Positions 40,004 to 50,134 of a DNA stretch of 64,000 bases are shown here, piece after piece. The position numbers and the translations under genes were made by a program. The stretch is from assembly GCA_963822445.1 (NCBI GenBank), contig CAWGHO010000002.1, positions 1,376,001 to 1,440,000 of the forward strand. The letters are read 5' to 3'. Source of the stretch: an uncultured Acidobacteriota bacterium. GTDB taxonomy: Bacteria; Acidobacteriota; Thermoanaerobaculia; Gp7-AA8. The first letter of the stretch is position 1, and each line of letters begins with the position of its first letter. The notes beneath the pieces are model-generated. The model was not told the origin of the DNA. It did no database searches and saw only the letters and a program-made list of their open reading frames with translations.

Positions 40004-42830
40004 TTGCGCAGCAGACGCGGTTGCGGCCCGTTCGCTTGGCCTCGTACAGCGCTTCGTCGGCCGCGCGCAGCACTTCCGGCCATGTCAGATTGCCGGATGG
40101 AAAAACCGCGACGCCGATCGAGCAGGTGCGGTTGATCACCCTGCCGTCGGGCAGAGTCACGTCGCGTGCTGCGACCGCTGCGCGAACCTTCTCGGCAATT
40201 TCCCCGGCGTCGCGGCGATCGACGAACCGCACCACGGCCAGCATCTCCTCACCGCCCCAGCGGATCGCGTAATCGGACGAGCGCAGGCTCGCGCGCAAAG
40301 TCTCGGCGACGGCGACCAGCACCGCGTCGCCGGCGTCGTGTCCGTATTCGTCGTTCACGCTCTTGAAGTGATCGAGATCGCAGAGCATCACCACCAGGTC
40401 GCCCTGGCCTCGCGAGGCGAGCGCGAGGTCCGACCCGATCACGTTCTCGAGGAAGCGCCGGTTGCGCAGGCCGGTCAGCGGATCGGTGAGGCTGGCCTCC
40501 TCGATGCGCGCGTTCGCGGCGGCGAGATCGGCGGTCCGTTCGGCAACGACGCGCTCCAATGCCGCGGCGCGGCGGTCGAGCTGCCGGACACGCAGGCGGT
40601 ACAGCGCGTACGCAAGGGCAACCGCGATCGCGGCGCTCAGGATGCGGAACCAGAGCGTCTCGTAAAACGCGGGCAGAACGGTGACCGGGAGCCGGAGCTC
40701 GTGCGCGCTCCACGCCCCCGCGCGGTTCGTGCCGCGAACGCGCAGCACATACCGTCCGGGCGCGAGATTCGTGTACGTGAGCGACCGCCGCGACGCATCG
40801 GCGCGGACCCATTCGTCGTCGTATCCCTCCAGCCGGTAGCTGTAGACCGTCCGTTGCGGCGCGGTGAAATCGAGCGCGGCGAAGTCAACGCGGAATCCCT
40901 TCTCCTTCGCGGCGAGGACCAGCGCGCGCGGTACCGCTCGCGTCGTGCCGTCGACCTGCAGCGCCGTTGCGACGACCGGCGGTGCGAATGACCAGGCTCG
41001 CAACTCGGCCGGATTCACCGCCAGCAAGCCTTCCGGCGATCCGAACAGGAGGGTTCCGTCGCTCGTACGCGCGCGGCTGGCAATGAAGAAATTACGAAAC
41101 GCGCATCCGTCCGCGGCGCCGAATTCACGCGCCGTCCACGATCGCGGATCGATGCGCAGCCGCGGTCCGAGCCAGACTTGTCCTTCCGCGTCCTCGATCA
41201 GACTCTCGACCGGGTCGGACGCGACGTTGCGGAACCGCGCCTCGCGTCCGTTCCACGATTCGAGAATGACGGCGCCTGCATGCGTCCCGACCCACAGCCG
41301 GCCGCCGCGATCGACCATCAGGTCCGGAACCCACAGGCTCGGCAGACCCTTTTCAATGCGCGTGGCCTTGCCGGTCGCGCGATCGAAGACGTTCAGCCCG
41401 CGATCGGTTCCCACCCACATCGTGCCATCGGGCGTGAAGGCGATCGCTTCGACCGCCGGGCTCGAAAGCGAGGCCGGATCGTGCCGGTCATGCCGGAACG
41501 CACCCACTCCGCCCTCATCGATCCGCGTCAGCCCCTCGGACGATCCCGCCCAAAGCTCACCATCCGGGCCGAACGTCATCGCCCGGATCGGACCGCCCGC
41601 CAGGCCATCGCCGCGGTCGAACGTCTCGAACGTGCCGCCAGGTCGCAAACGTCGCAACGCGCCGTCGAGCGACGCCACCCAGATCGTCCCGTCGGCGCCT
41701 TGCGCGAGACAGGTGATCGCCGCGCCGTCGAGCCGATGACCGCCAATCCTTCGAAAATCGCGATCGAGAATGTCGATGCCGTTGCCGTTCGTGCCGACCC
41801 AGATCGTGCCGTCGCGCATCTGCATCGCCCGAACCGCGGCGGGATGACTGAGTCCTTCCGCACGGCTCGGGCTGTGACGCACGGTTCGAAATGCGCGCGT
41901 CGTCGGATCATGGCTGGCGATGCCTCCGCCCCAGGTTCCGACCCACATCACACCGCTCTGATCGCGAAGGAGCGCGCCGACGCGATCGCTGCCGATGGTG
42001 TTGGGAAGCGCCGCGTCATGGCGGAGCCGGTCGATGATCTCCAGCGTATTCGCGTCAACGACATCGATGCCGCCGCCGAACGTCGCCAGCCAGATCTCAC
42101 CTGGCGTGGCCTGCGCGATGCCGTAGATCCAGGGATGGCTTCCGCCGCGGATCCGCGTCAACCGTCCGTTCTCCAGCATTGCCGCGCCGCTTTCCGATGT
42201 CCCGATCCAGATCCGGCCGCGATCGTCCTCGACGATCTTCGTGACGAGCTCGTTCGCGAGCTCGGGCACGACGCGTTCGAACCGATCGGACGCCGCTCGA
42301 ATCTGCAAACCTGCGCGCGTGCCGACCCACAGCCGGCCGCTTCGATCGACGAGCAGCCCGCGAACGCGATCGTCGGCAAGCGAATGCGGATTCGCCGCGT
42401 CGTGTCGGAAATGCTCGACCCGTTTCGTGCGCGGATCGATGCGGTTCAACCCCTCCTGCGTCCCCACCCAGACCATCCCATCCCGATCCTCGGCAAGCCC
42501 CTCCACGCGCTGGTGCGACAGCCCATCCGTGACGCGCGTGAAGGAATCGCTCGAGGCGTCGTAAATGAGGAGTCCACCCGCGAACGTGCCCGCCCACACC
42601 CGCCCGTCCGATGTCGCGAGCAGCGTGCGGATGTAGCCGGCGCCGGGCGGCGGAGGAAAAACGCGGAACCGGTCCGCATCCCAGCGCACGATGCCCGACT
42701 GCGTTCCGATCCAGATGAATCCCTGCCGATCCTGCGCGAGCGCAGTACAGAGCGCCGCCGGAACGTCGTCGGACATCTGAAGCGGTCGAAAGGAAATGAC
42801 GGCGAGGAGTAGGACGAGACTCACGCTCAA
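39972..42830 (-). CDS. Diguanylate cyclase with beta-propeller and Y_Y_Y sensor domains
   Basis: Repeated D..G.IWIGT..GL, YSYRLEGYDDEW, TM, DPLTGLRNRR, DLDHFKSVND, RSSD I-site, RWGGEEM. Confidence 0.92.
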   Translation of the reverse strand: MSVSLVLLLAVISFRPLQMSDDVPAALCTALAQDRQGFIWIGTQSGIVRWDADRFRVFPPPPGAGYIRTLLATSDGRVWAGTFAGGLLIYDASSDSFTRVTDGLSHQRVEGLAEDRDGMVWVGTQEGLNRIDPRTKRVEHFRHDAANPHSLADDRVRGLLVDRSGRLWVGTRAGLQIRAASDRFERVVPELANELVTKIVEDDRGRIWIGTSESGAAMLENGRLTRIRGGSHPWIYGIAQATPGEIWLATFGGGIDVVDANTLEIIDRLRHDAALPNTIGSDRVGALLRDQSGVMWVGTWGGGIASHDPTTRAFRTVRHSPSRAEGLSHPAAVRAMQMRDGTIWVGTNGNGIDILDRDFRRIGGHRLDGAAITCLAQGADGTIWVASLDGALRRLRPGGTFETFDRGDGLAGGPIRAMTFGPDGELWAGSSEGLTRIDEGGVGAFRHDRHDPASLSSPAVEAIAFTPDGTMWVGTDRGLNVFDRATGKATRIEKGLPSLWVPDLMVDRGGRLWVGTHAGAVILESWNGREARFRNVASDPVESLIEDAEGQVWLGPRLRIDPRSWTAREFGAADGCAFRNFFIASRARTSDGTLLFGSPEGLLAVNPAELRAWSFAPPVVATALQVDGTTRAVPRALVLAAKEKGFRVDFAALDFTAPQRTVYSYRLEGYDDEWVRADASRRSLTYTNLAPGRYVLRVRGTNRAGAWSAHELRLPVTVLPAFYETLWFRILSAAIAVALAYALYRLRVRQLDRRAAALERVVAERTADLAAANARIEEASLTDPLTGLRNRRFLENVIGSDLALASRGQGDLVVMLCDLDHFKSVNDEYGHDAGDAVLVAVAETLRASLRSSDYAIRWGGEEMLAVVRFVDRRDAGEIAEKVRAAVAARDVTLPDGRVINRTCSIGVAVFPSGNLTWPEVLRAADEALYEAKRTGRNRVCCAISDGQRAGVA

Positions 42831-43072
42831 CGCGCGATTCTACGTCGCATCACTTTGATCAATCCTCCCGCGCTGATGATCGTCCACGCGCCTTCCATGA
42901 TGATCAGGCCGGCCTGACGGGTCGTGATCGCCGCGACGAGCAGCGCCGCACCGCCGATGAGGTTCAGCGTCTGGTATGTGTACGTGTCGTAGCGGAGACG
43001 CTCGATCTGATGCGCGCCGTACGCGGTGAGCACGAAGAGTGCGCCGAGGATCGAAATCACTTGCATCAACAT
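42827..43072 (-). CDS. Small three-TM membrane protein (CBU_0592-like)
   Basis: MLMQVISILGALFVLTAY...YQTLNLIGG...EGAWTIIS; 3' part of the long antisense ORF 42827-44191. Confidence 0.75.
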   Translation of the reverse strand: MLMQVISILGALFVLTAYGAHQIERLRYDTYTYQTLNLIGGAALLVAAITTRQAGLIIMEGAWTIISAGGLIKVMRRRIAR

Positions 43073-43090
43073 CGATAGAATCTCCCGCGC

Positions 43091-45616
43091 ATGAACCGCC
43101 GCGTGTTGGTCACTGCCGTTCTCATTCTCGCCGCGTCCTCCCTCTTCGCGCAGATTCCCACGCCCGAAGAGTTTCTCGGCTACCGCATCGGCGACCGTTT
43201 CACGCCGCATGACCGCATCCTCGACTACTTCAACGAGCTCGCGCGCAAATCGCCGCTCATCACCATCGAACAGATCGGCGAGACCTACGAAAAGCGCCCG
43301 CTGGTTCTGGCGACGATCACCTCGGCGAAGAACCGCGCGGGGCTCGACGCAATCCGCCGCAACGTCAACACGCTCGCTCGCGGCGAAGGTGACGTCGCTG
43401 AAATTGCGAAGAACACGCCCGCGATCGTCTGGCTTGCGTTCGGCGTTCATGGGAACGAGTCCTCGTCCGCCGAGTCTTCGATGATGGTCGCGTCGGCACT
43501 GCTGCGCGATGCCGAGCTCACGAAACTGCTCGAGGACGTCGTGGTGGTCCTCGATCCGCTGGAGAACCCCGACGGCCGCGAGCGATACATCCAGTGGTTC
43601 CATCGCATGCGCGGGGAGAAGCCGAATCCGAATCCCGACTCCTTCGAGCATTACGAGCCGTGGCCGGGCGGACGCTTCAACCACTACATGATCGACATGA
43701 ACCGCGACTGGGCCTGGCAGTCCCAGCGCGAGACCCAGGCGCGCGTTGCGGCGTACCGCACCTGGTCGCCGCAAGTCTTCGTCGACTTCCACGAGATGTT
43801 CTTTCAGTCGACCTACTTTTTCCCGCCGGACGCGAAGCCGATCAACGCCAACGTGCCCGCCGACGCGGAGAAATGGCTCGACGTCTTCGGCCGCGCGAAC
43901 GCCGCCGAGTTCTCGAAACGCGGCTGGCCCTTCTTCGTCGCCGAGCGTTTCGATCTCTTCTATCCCGGCTACGGCGATTCGTGGCCGTCGCTGCACGGCG
44001 CGATCGGCATGACTTACGAGATGGCCGGCAGCTGGCGTGCCGGATCGTCGGTGAAGCGCGAAGACGGCACGATTCTCACCCTGGGCGATCGCGCGACGCG
44101 GCACTTCACGACGGGCATCACCACGGTTCGCACCGCGGCGCAGAATCGGGAGCAGCTGCTGCGCTACACGCACGCGGCGGCGCGCTCGCACATCGACAAC
44201 GCGAAGAACACGTTCCTCATCCTGCCGAGCTCACCCAACTTCGAAGCGCTGATCGAGGTGTTGCGGCGCCAGGACATTCGCGTGGACATGCTCGCCGCGG
44301 CGACGAGCGTGAAAGCGACGCGCCTCGATCGTTCCACCGCGGAAACGCGGACATTTCCCGCCGGCACGGCCGTCGTCTCCACGAAGCAACCGCTCGGCGG
44401 ACTGGCGAACACGCTGCTCGAAAAGCAGCCGGCGTTCAGCACCGGTTTCGTCGAGGAGCAGCGGGCGAAGGCCGAGGCGGATGAGCCGGATGACTTTTAC
44501 GACCTGACGACCTGGTCGCTGCCGCTGGCCATGAACGTCGAGGCCTACGTGACCCAGCTGCCGGTCGCGGGAGTGAAGGAGTATCAGCGCGCGGCGCGGC
44601 CGGCGTTCCGCGCGGCCTCGTACGGATATCTCGTCGACGGACTGGAGCCGAACATCTACCGTTTCGTCGGGAGATTGCTCGAGAGCGGTGTGAAGTTCAG
44701 CGTCAGCGACGGCGAGGTGGCGGTCGGCGATAAGAACTTCGCTCGCGGCACGCTGATCATCCTCAAAGGCAACAACGCCGAGAACCTCGACGCCACGCTC
44801 GAGCGCATCACCCGCGAGGCCGGCATCACCACGGTCGCGCTCGAGTCGGGTTGGATGGGCGGCACCGCGTTCGGATCGGAAAAGCTGCATCACGTGAAGG
44901 ATCCGAAGATCGGCCTGGTGGGCGGTCCGGGGAGCAACGCCACGTCCTTCGGCATGTTGTGGCACACCCTCGACGTCGACACGCCCATTCCTCATTCGAC
45001 ACTGAGCGTGGAGACGCTGCGCAACCTCGACCTCAGCGAGTACGAGGTCCTGGTCCTGCCCGACGGCAGCTTCACCGACCGCCTCGGCAAGCGCGGCATC
45101 GAGAAGATCAAGGCCTGGGTCAACGAAGGCGGCACGATCGTGGCTGTGAAAGGGGGCAGCGCGTTTCTGCGCGAGAAAGACGTCGAGGTCTCCAAGCTGA
45201 AGACGTGGGAGCCTCCAAAGAAGAAGGATGACGACAAGACGCCGCCCGACCAGCGCTACAACGATTTCCGCGTCCCCGGCGCCGCGTTCCGCACGACGAT
45301 GAACAGCCGCTCCTATCTGACGTTCGGCGTGCCGCGCGCGCCGGCGGTGCTGGTCGAAGGCACCGATGCGTTCCTGCCGGTCGCGCACAAGGTCGACAAC
45401 ATCCTCACCATCGAGTCCAAGGATCCGCTGATCTCCGGCGTGGCCTGGCAGGAGTCGATCGATCGATTGAAGGGCTCGGTGTACGTCGTCGCCGAGCCGT
45501 ACGGCCGCGGTCAGGTCATCACATTTGCAGACGACCCCCACTTCCGGCTTTTCTGGCGGGCGACGTTGCCCGTGTTTCTCAACGCTGTCGTTTATTCGCC
45601 GAGCTTCCCGCGATGA
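43091..45616 (+). CDS. M14 family zinc carboxypeptidase
   Basis: Signal peptide, GVHGNE, ENPDG, DMNRDW, DFHEM. Confidence 0.92.
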   Translation: MNRRVLVTAVLILAASSLFAQIPTPEEFLGYRIGDRFTPHDRILDYFNELARKSPLITIEQIGETYEKRPLVLATITSAKNRAGLDAIRRNVNTLARGEGDVAEIAKNTPAIVWLAFGVHGNESSSAESSMMVASALLRDAELTKLLEDVVVVLDPLENPDGRERYIQWFHRMRGEKPNPNPDSFEHYEPWPGGRFNHYMIDMNRDWAWQSQRETQARVAAYRTWSPQVFVDFHEMFFQSTYFFPPDAKPINANVPADAEKWLDVFGRANAAEFSKRGWPFFVAERFDLFYPGYGDSWPSLHGAIGMTYEMAGSWRAGSSVKREDGTILTLGDRATRHFTTGITTVRTAAQNREQLLRYTHAAARSHIDNAKNTFLILPSSPNFEALIEVLRRQDIRVDMLAAATSVKATRLDRSTAETRTFPAGTAVVSTKQPLGGLANTLLEKQPAFSTGFVEEQRAKAEADEPDDFYDLTTWSLPLAMNVEAYVTQLPVAGVKEYQRAARPAFRAASYGYLVDGLEPNIYRFVGRLLESGVKFSVSDGEVAVGDKNFARGTLIILKGNNAENLDATLERITREAGITTVALESGWMGGTAFGSEKLHHVKDPKIGLVGGPGSNATSFGMLWHTLDVDTPIPHSTLSVETLRNLDLSEYEVLVLPDGSFTDRLGKRGIEKIKAWVNEGGTIVAVKGGSAFLREKDVEVSKLKTWEPPKKKDDDKTPPDQRYNDFRVPGAAFRTTMNSRSYLTFGVPRAPAVLVEGTDAFLPVAHKVDNILTIESKDPLISGVAWQESIDRLKGSVYVVAEPYGRGQVITFADDPHFRLFWRATLPVFLNAVVYSPSFPR

Positions 45617-46422
45617 AAATCCGCCCGCCCGCCGTCGCCGGTGCGTTCTACGAGGGAACGCCCGATCGCCTGCGCGCGCAGGTCGACGCCTGCTTCGAGG
45701 CCATTCCGGAGAAGAAAGAGCGATTCATCGGCGCGGTCGTTCCGCACGCCGGGTTGATGTACAGCGGACATGTCGCCGCGGCGTTTTACGGGATGGCCGA
45801 GCTGCCGAAGCGATTCGTGATTCTTTGTCCGAATCACACCGGCGCCGGTCATTTCGCGGCGATCAATCGCGAGGGCGCATGGCGCACTCCGTTCGGCGAT
45901 GCGGCCATCGACTCGCGTCTCGCCGACGCGTTGATGGCGAAGACACAACTGCTCGCCGAGGATGCGCGGGCTCATGCTCGCGAACATTCGCTCGAAGTCC
46001 AGCTGCCCTTCCTCCAGCGCCTCCTGGGCGATGACTTCACCTTCGTCCCGATCTGCCTCGGCGCACACAGGCTCGATTACGCGGAAGAGATCGGCCGCGC
46101 GATTGCCGGCGTTCTGAAAGACGAGCGCGACGTCGCGATTCTGGCCAGCTCCGACCTCAATCACTACGAGGACCAGCAGTCGACGCTGCGCAAGGACCAG
46201 CTCGCGATCGATCAGGTCCTTGCGCGGAATCCGCAAGAGCTCTGGCGCGTGGTCGACGAATACGACGTTTCGATGTGCGGCTTCATCCCGACGACGGCGA
46301 TGCTCGTCGCCGCGAATCAGCTCGGCGCCAGTGACGCGCGGCTCGTCAAGCACGCGACTTCAGGAGACATCAATCGGGATTACTCGCATGTGGTGGGATA
46401 TGCGTCGATCTTGATTGCCTGA
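45613..46422 (+). CDS. AmmeMemoRadiSam protein B (MEMO1 family)
   Basis: RPPAVAGAFY, VPHAGLMYSG, EHSLEVQLPFLQ, SSDLNHY, SMCG, VVGYAS. Confidence 0.93.
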   Translation: MKIRPPAVAGAFYEGTPDRLRAQVDACFEAIPEKKERFIGAVVPHAGLMYSGHVAAAFYGMAELPKRFVILCPNHTGAGHFAAINREGAWRTPFGDAAIDSRLADALMAKTQLLAEDARAHAREHSLEVQLPFLQRLLGDDFTFVPICLGAHRLDYAEEIGRAIAGVLKDERDVAILASSDLNHYEDQQSTLRKDQLAIDQVLARNPQELWRVVDEYDVSMCGFIPTTAMLVAANQLGASDARLVKHATSGDINRDYSHVVGYASILIA

Positions 46423-46429
46423 CCCCGTA

Positions 46430-46536
46430 AGTTTATCCCGCGCGAAGACGCGGGATCTCCGCGTGCACGAGCGCAGAGCATGGCAACTTCTGTGAAGGTG
46501 CACGAAGAGATCCCGCGTCTTCGCGCGGGATAAACT
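46430..46536. repeat. REP-like inverted doublet (REPIN-like)
   Basis: Perfect 30-bp inverted repeat AGTTTATCCCGCGCGAAGACGCGGGATCTC (46430-46459, 46507-46536); each arm is itself palindromic. Confidence 0.85.
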
Positions 46537-46553
46537 CGAGAACTCGAAAACGC

Positions 46554-48017
46554 ATGCGCGTCGTTTTTGCCACAGCCGAGGTTTCACCGATCGCCAAGAC
46601 GGGCGGCCTCGGAGACGTGTGCGGATCGCTGCCGAAGGCGCTGGCGGCGCTCGGCCACGACGTGGTCGTGTTCATGCCCTTCTACCGTCAGGCGCGGCAC
46701 TGGTTCGAGAAGAACCAGATCTCCGTGCATCAGGTGATGCCCACCGCGGTGATCTCCTGGGCGAACTGGGTTGCCGAGGCGACTTTTCTGCGGACGACGC
46801 TCCCGGGGAGCGATGTTCCGCTGATCCTCGTCGCGAACGATTACTTCTTCGAGCGCGAGCAGATCTACTCCGATGCGCCTGACGGCACGCACGACTACCT
46901 GCTGCGCTACGCCTTCTTCAGCCGCGCGGTCATCCGCGGATGCGAGTTGCTCGACATCGCGCCCGACATCCTTCATTGCCATGACTGGCACACGTCGCTG
47001 CTGCCCGTGTATCTCCATTCCGGCCTGCGCGGCCAGCCGCATTTCGGCGGAACGCGATCGGTCTACACGATCCACAACCTAAACTACCAGGGTGTGGCCG
47101 GTTACGACGCGCTCGGACTGACCGGATTGCACAGCCGCTACTGGGCTCCGGACGGCGTCGAGCATTTCGGCACGCTCAATCCGATGAAGGGCGGAATCAT
47201 CTACGCCGATGAGGTCACGACGGTCTCGCCGACGTACGCGGCGGAGATTCGCACGCCGCAGCATGGCGCCGGTCTCGACGGCGTGTTGCGCGCGGTTTCG
47301 TACAAGCTCACCGGAATCCTCAATGGCATCGACGTCGAGGAGTGGGATCCGGCCGCCGATCCGCTACTCAACGCGAACTACGACGCCGACACGTTGAACG
47401 ACAAGACGAAGAACAAGCGCGCGCTGGCGAAAGAGGCGGAGCTCAAGTACTCGCAGAAGACGCCGATCATCGGCGCGGTCTCGCGGCTTGTCGACCAGAA
47501 GGGCTTTCAATACCTGATCCCCATCCTCGGACGCCTCCTGCACGCCGGCGCGCAGGTGGTGATTCTCGGAAGCGGCGAAGCGGAGCTGGAAGCGGCGCTG
47601 TTGCGCATCGCGGCGCAGCATCCCGAACGCTGCCGGGTCTGGATCGGCTTCGATCCGGCGCTCGCCCATCGCATCTACGCCGGCTGCGACATGCTCCTCA
47701 TGCCCTCGGTCTACGAGCCATGCGGCCTCAATCAGATGTACGCCCTTCGGTACGGTACCGTACCAATCGTCCGGATGACCGGCGGGCTCGCCGACACGGT
47801 GATCCCTTTTGATGGCACGAATCTCACTGAGGCGAACGGCTTCGGCTACATCGCCAACCATCCGCTCGATCTGTATCTCGCGACGTGGCTCGGTGTGCTC
47901 AACTACCGCGAGAAGGCGACCTGGAAGTCCTTACAGCAGAACGGGATGGCCAGCGACTTCTCCTGGGACCGCTCGGCGCGGATCTACGACGCCGTCTACC
48001 GCAGGGCGAAGCCGTAG
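46554..48017 (+). CDS. glgA: Glycogen synthase
   Basis: KTGGLGDV, HCHDWHT, TIHNLNYQG, SRLVDQKG, PSVYEPCGLNQMYALRYGT. Confidence 0.96.
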   Translation: MRVVFATAEVSPIAKTGGLGDVCGSLPKALAALGHDVVVFMPFYRQARHWFEKNQISVHQVMPTAVISWANWVAEATFLRTTLPGSDVPLILVANDYFFEREQIYSDAPDGTHDYLLRYAFFSRAVIRGCELLDIAPDILHCHDWHTSLLPVYLHSGLRGQPHFGGTRSVYTIHNLNYQGVAGYDALGLTGLHSRYWAPDGVEHFGTLNPMKGGIIYADEVTTVSPTYAAEIRTPQHGAGLDGVLRAVSYKLTGILNGIDVEEWDPAADPLLNANYDADTLNDKTKNKRALAKEAELKYSQKTPIIGAVSRLVDQKGFQYLIPILGRLLHAGAQVVILGSGEAELEAALLRIAAQHPERCRVWIGFDPALAHRIYAGCDMLLMPSVYEPCGLNQMYALRYGTVPIVRMTGGLADTVIPFDGTNLTEANGFGYIANHPLDLYLATWLGVLNYREKATWKSLQQNGMASDFSWDRSARIYDAVYRRAKP

Positions 48018-48033
48018 TGGCACCTCGGGTGCA
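48018..48033 (+). promoter_or_regulatory. Sigma54-type -24/-12 promoter
   Basis: TGGCACCTCGGGTGCA = GG-N10-GC. Confidence 0.6.
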
Positions 48034-48057
48034 CTAGGAAAGCGCAGGAGGACGGCA

Positions 48058-48165
48058 ATGATCTTGATTCTGATTGGAATCGCCGGAACGCTCCTGCTGA
48101 TCGGGTCCGGCAGCAGGTCGCCCAGGCTGGCGCCGCAGCCGGTTCGCACACCTCGCAAACGTTGA
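48058..48165 (+). CDS. 35-aa single-TM small protein
   Basis: RBS AGGAGG at 48046-48051; MILILIGIAGTLLLIGSGSRSPRLAPQPVRTPRKR. Confidence 0.65.
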   Translation: MILILIGIAGTLLLIGSGSRSPRLAPQPVRTPRKR

Positions 48166-48166
48166 A

Positions 48167-48631
48167 GTGAAATCAACCGCATACGAAGAGTGCTACTCGG
48201 CGATCGTCGCCATCTGGCGTGATGAGGGAGGAGAGACCCTCGACGAGATCGCGTTGATGGCGACGATCAATTCCGTCCTCGCCAACCGCTTCGATTACTA
48301 CTTCTGGACCGGCTTCTACCGCGTCTGCGGCGAGCGTCTCGCCGTCGGCCCGTACATCGGGACCGTGGGCTGTCTGCAGATCGAGTTTGGTCGCGGCGTC
48401 GTCGGCGCGGCGGCGGAGAAGCGGGAAACGATCATCGTCCCGGACGTGAATCAGTTCCCCGGTCACATCGCCTGCGATCCGAACTCGAAGTCAGAGATCG
48501 TCGTTCCGGTCTTTGATCGCGAGCGCAACCTCATCGCCGTGCTCGACGTCGATTCGGACCGGTTGAATGCGTTCGATGAGGAGGACCGGGTGGGGCTGGA
48601 GCGGATCGTGGGGCTATTCGAGCATTCGTAG
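48167..48631 (+). CDS. GAF-domain free methionine-R-sulfoxide reductase (MsrC-like)
   Basis: [38 protein letters not shown]. Confidence 0.85.
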   Translation: MKSTAYEECYSAIVAIWRDEGGETLDEIALMATINSVLANRFDYYFWTGFYRVCGERLAVGPYIGTVGCLQIEFGRGVVGAAAEKRETIIVPDVNQFPGHIACDPNSKSEIVVPVFDRERNLIAVLDVDSDRLNAFDEEDRVGLERIVGLFEHS

Positions 48632-48988
48632 GATCGCCGTCAGTTCCTTCTTCACCGTCACCAGCGCCTTCGCCATATCGCTGTTCCGCGCGGGCGGTGG
48701 CGCTTCGGCGACGGCGACCGGTTCGGGCGCATCGCCTTCCTCCAGCTTCTTCTTCGCGCCGGCGATGGTGAAGCCGTCGCGGTAGAGCAGCTCCTTGATG
48801 CGCAGGACGGTGTCGATCTCGCGTCGCGTGTAGAGGCGCTGTCCGCCGCCGCTCTTGTTCGGGGCGAGCTGCGGGAACTCGGTCTCCCAGTAGCGAAGGA
48901 CGTATGGCTGCACGTCGGCGAGCTTGCAGACCTCGCCGATCTTGTACAGCTTGTCGTCTTTTTCGGTGGCTGAAGCGGCGCGGGGCAT
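48614..48988 (-). CDS. MerR family transcriptional regulator
   Basis: LYKIGEV...[20 protein letters not shown]...[11 protein letters not shown]. Confidence 0.92.
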   Translation of the reverse strand: MPRAASATEKDDKLYKIGEVCKLADVQPYVLRYWETEFPQLAPNKSGGGQRLYTRREIDTVLRIKELLYRDGFTIAGAKKKLEEGDAPEPVAVAEAPPPARNSDMAKALVTVKKELTAILRMLE

Positions 48989-49114
48989 CAGTGGATTATA
49001 GAAGCCGCTGGGGCAGAACGAATGCCAGGCGCGTTGCGCCGCCCGAAGCCGCGGTCAGTAAGGCAGCGCGGTCGTGCCGAAGGCGAAGCAACCTGCGCTG
49101 CCGGCCGTGACGGC

Positions 49115-50134
49115 TTATAGGACGCGCTCGACTTCGACTTCCGCCGGCTCGAACAAGCCCACCGCGGCGTTGAACACCTCGTCGACGGTGATGTCGTTCA
49201 TGCACTGATGCGTGCGGAGTGGGCAGTCGCGTTGATAGCAGGGCGTGCACTCGAGCGTCGCGCGCACCACGCGCGTGGCGCCGGCGATGACGGTGCGATC
49301 GGGATCGGTCGGGCCGAAGATGGAGACCGAGGGGACGGACAACGCGGCGGCGACATGGAGCGGACCGCTGTCGTTGGTGATCACCGCCGCGCACTGCGAG
49401 ATCGCTGCTGCGAGCTCGAGGACGTCGCCGTCATGACCGACCATCGGTACGCCGTTGCACGTGGTGGCGATCTTCTGGGCCTGTTCGCGCTCGCGCGGGC
49501 TGGTGAGCAGCACCACGTCGAACCCTTCCAGCCGCAGGCGATTGATGATCTCCACGTAACGCTCGTCGCCCCAATGCTTGGCGCGGCCGAACAGACCGCC
49601 GGCGTGGACACCGAAGACCGGCCGATCGAGATGCAGGCCGATGGAGAGGAGGCGCTGGCGTCCGCGCTCGCGAATCGCTTTGGGAAGCTTGATCGTCGGC
49701 ACGTCGTCGACGACGCGCGGCGCGTTCAGTGCCGCGAGCAGCGCCGTGTAGTCGTCGAGCTGATGACCGCGCGTGCCCGGCCTGGGCACGGCGCGATTGA
49801 GGAAGACGCCGCGCATGTCCGTCGGATATCCCCAGCGCTCGTCGATTCCCGCCGCGAACGTCACCAGCGCAGCTTTGAACGAGTTCGGCAGGATCACCGC
49901 GCGGCGATAGCGCCCGGCGCGAAGCGCGGAAATGCGCTCGGTGGTCGAGCGCGTCCAGGGCACGACCTTCTTGAAGAGTCCCGTGGCCTCGAGCAAGGCC
50001 GTGACGTTGGCCGGCGCGGCGACGGCCAGTCCGCCTTCGCTGCGGAAGCGGTGCGCCAGGGCCTTGTACGTCGGGAGAGCCAGAACGTTGTCGCCGACCC
50101 AGTTGAGTCCGATCGCGATCGTTTCACACGCCAT
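49115..50134 (-). CDS. waaF: Lipopolysaccharide heptosyltransferase II (GT9)
   Basis: NWVGDNVLALP, LPNSFKAAL, AKHW, TNDSGPLHVAAA, IFGPT. Confidence 0.88.
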   Translation of the reverse strand: MACETIAIGLNWVGDNVLALPTYKALAHRFRSEGGLAVAAPANVTALLEATGLFKKVVPWTRSTTERISALRAGRYRRAVILPNSFKAALVTFAAGIDERWGYPTDMRGVFLNRAVPRPGTRGHQLDDYTALLAALNAPRVVDDVPTIKLPKAIRERGRQRLLSIGLHLDRPVFGVHAGGLFGRAKHWGDERYVEIINRLRLEGFDVVLLTSPREREQAQKIATTCNGVPMVGHDGDVLELAAAISQCAAVITNDSGPLHVAAALSVPSVSIFGPTDPDRTVIAGATRVVRATLECTPCYQRDCPLRTHQCMNDITVDEVFNAAVGLFEPAEVEVERVL

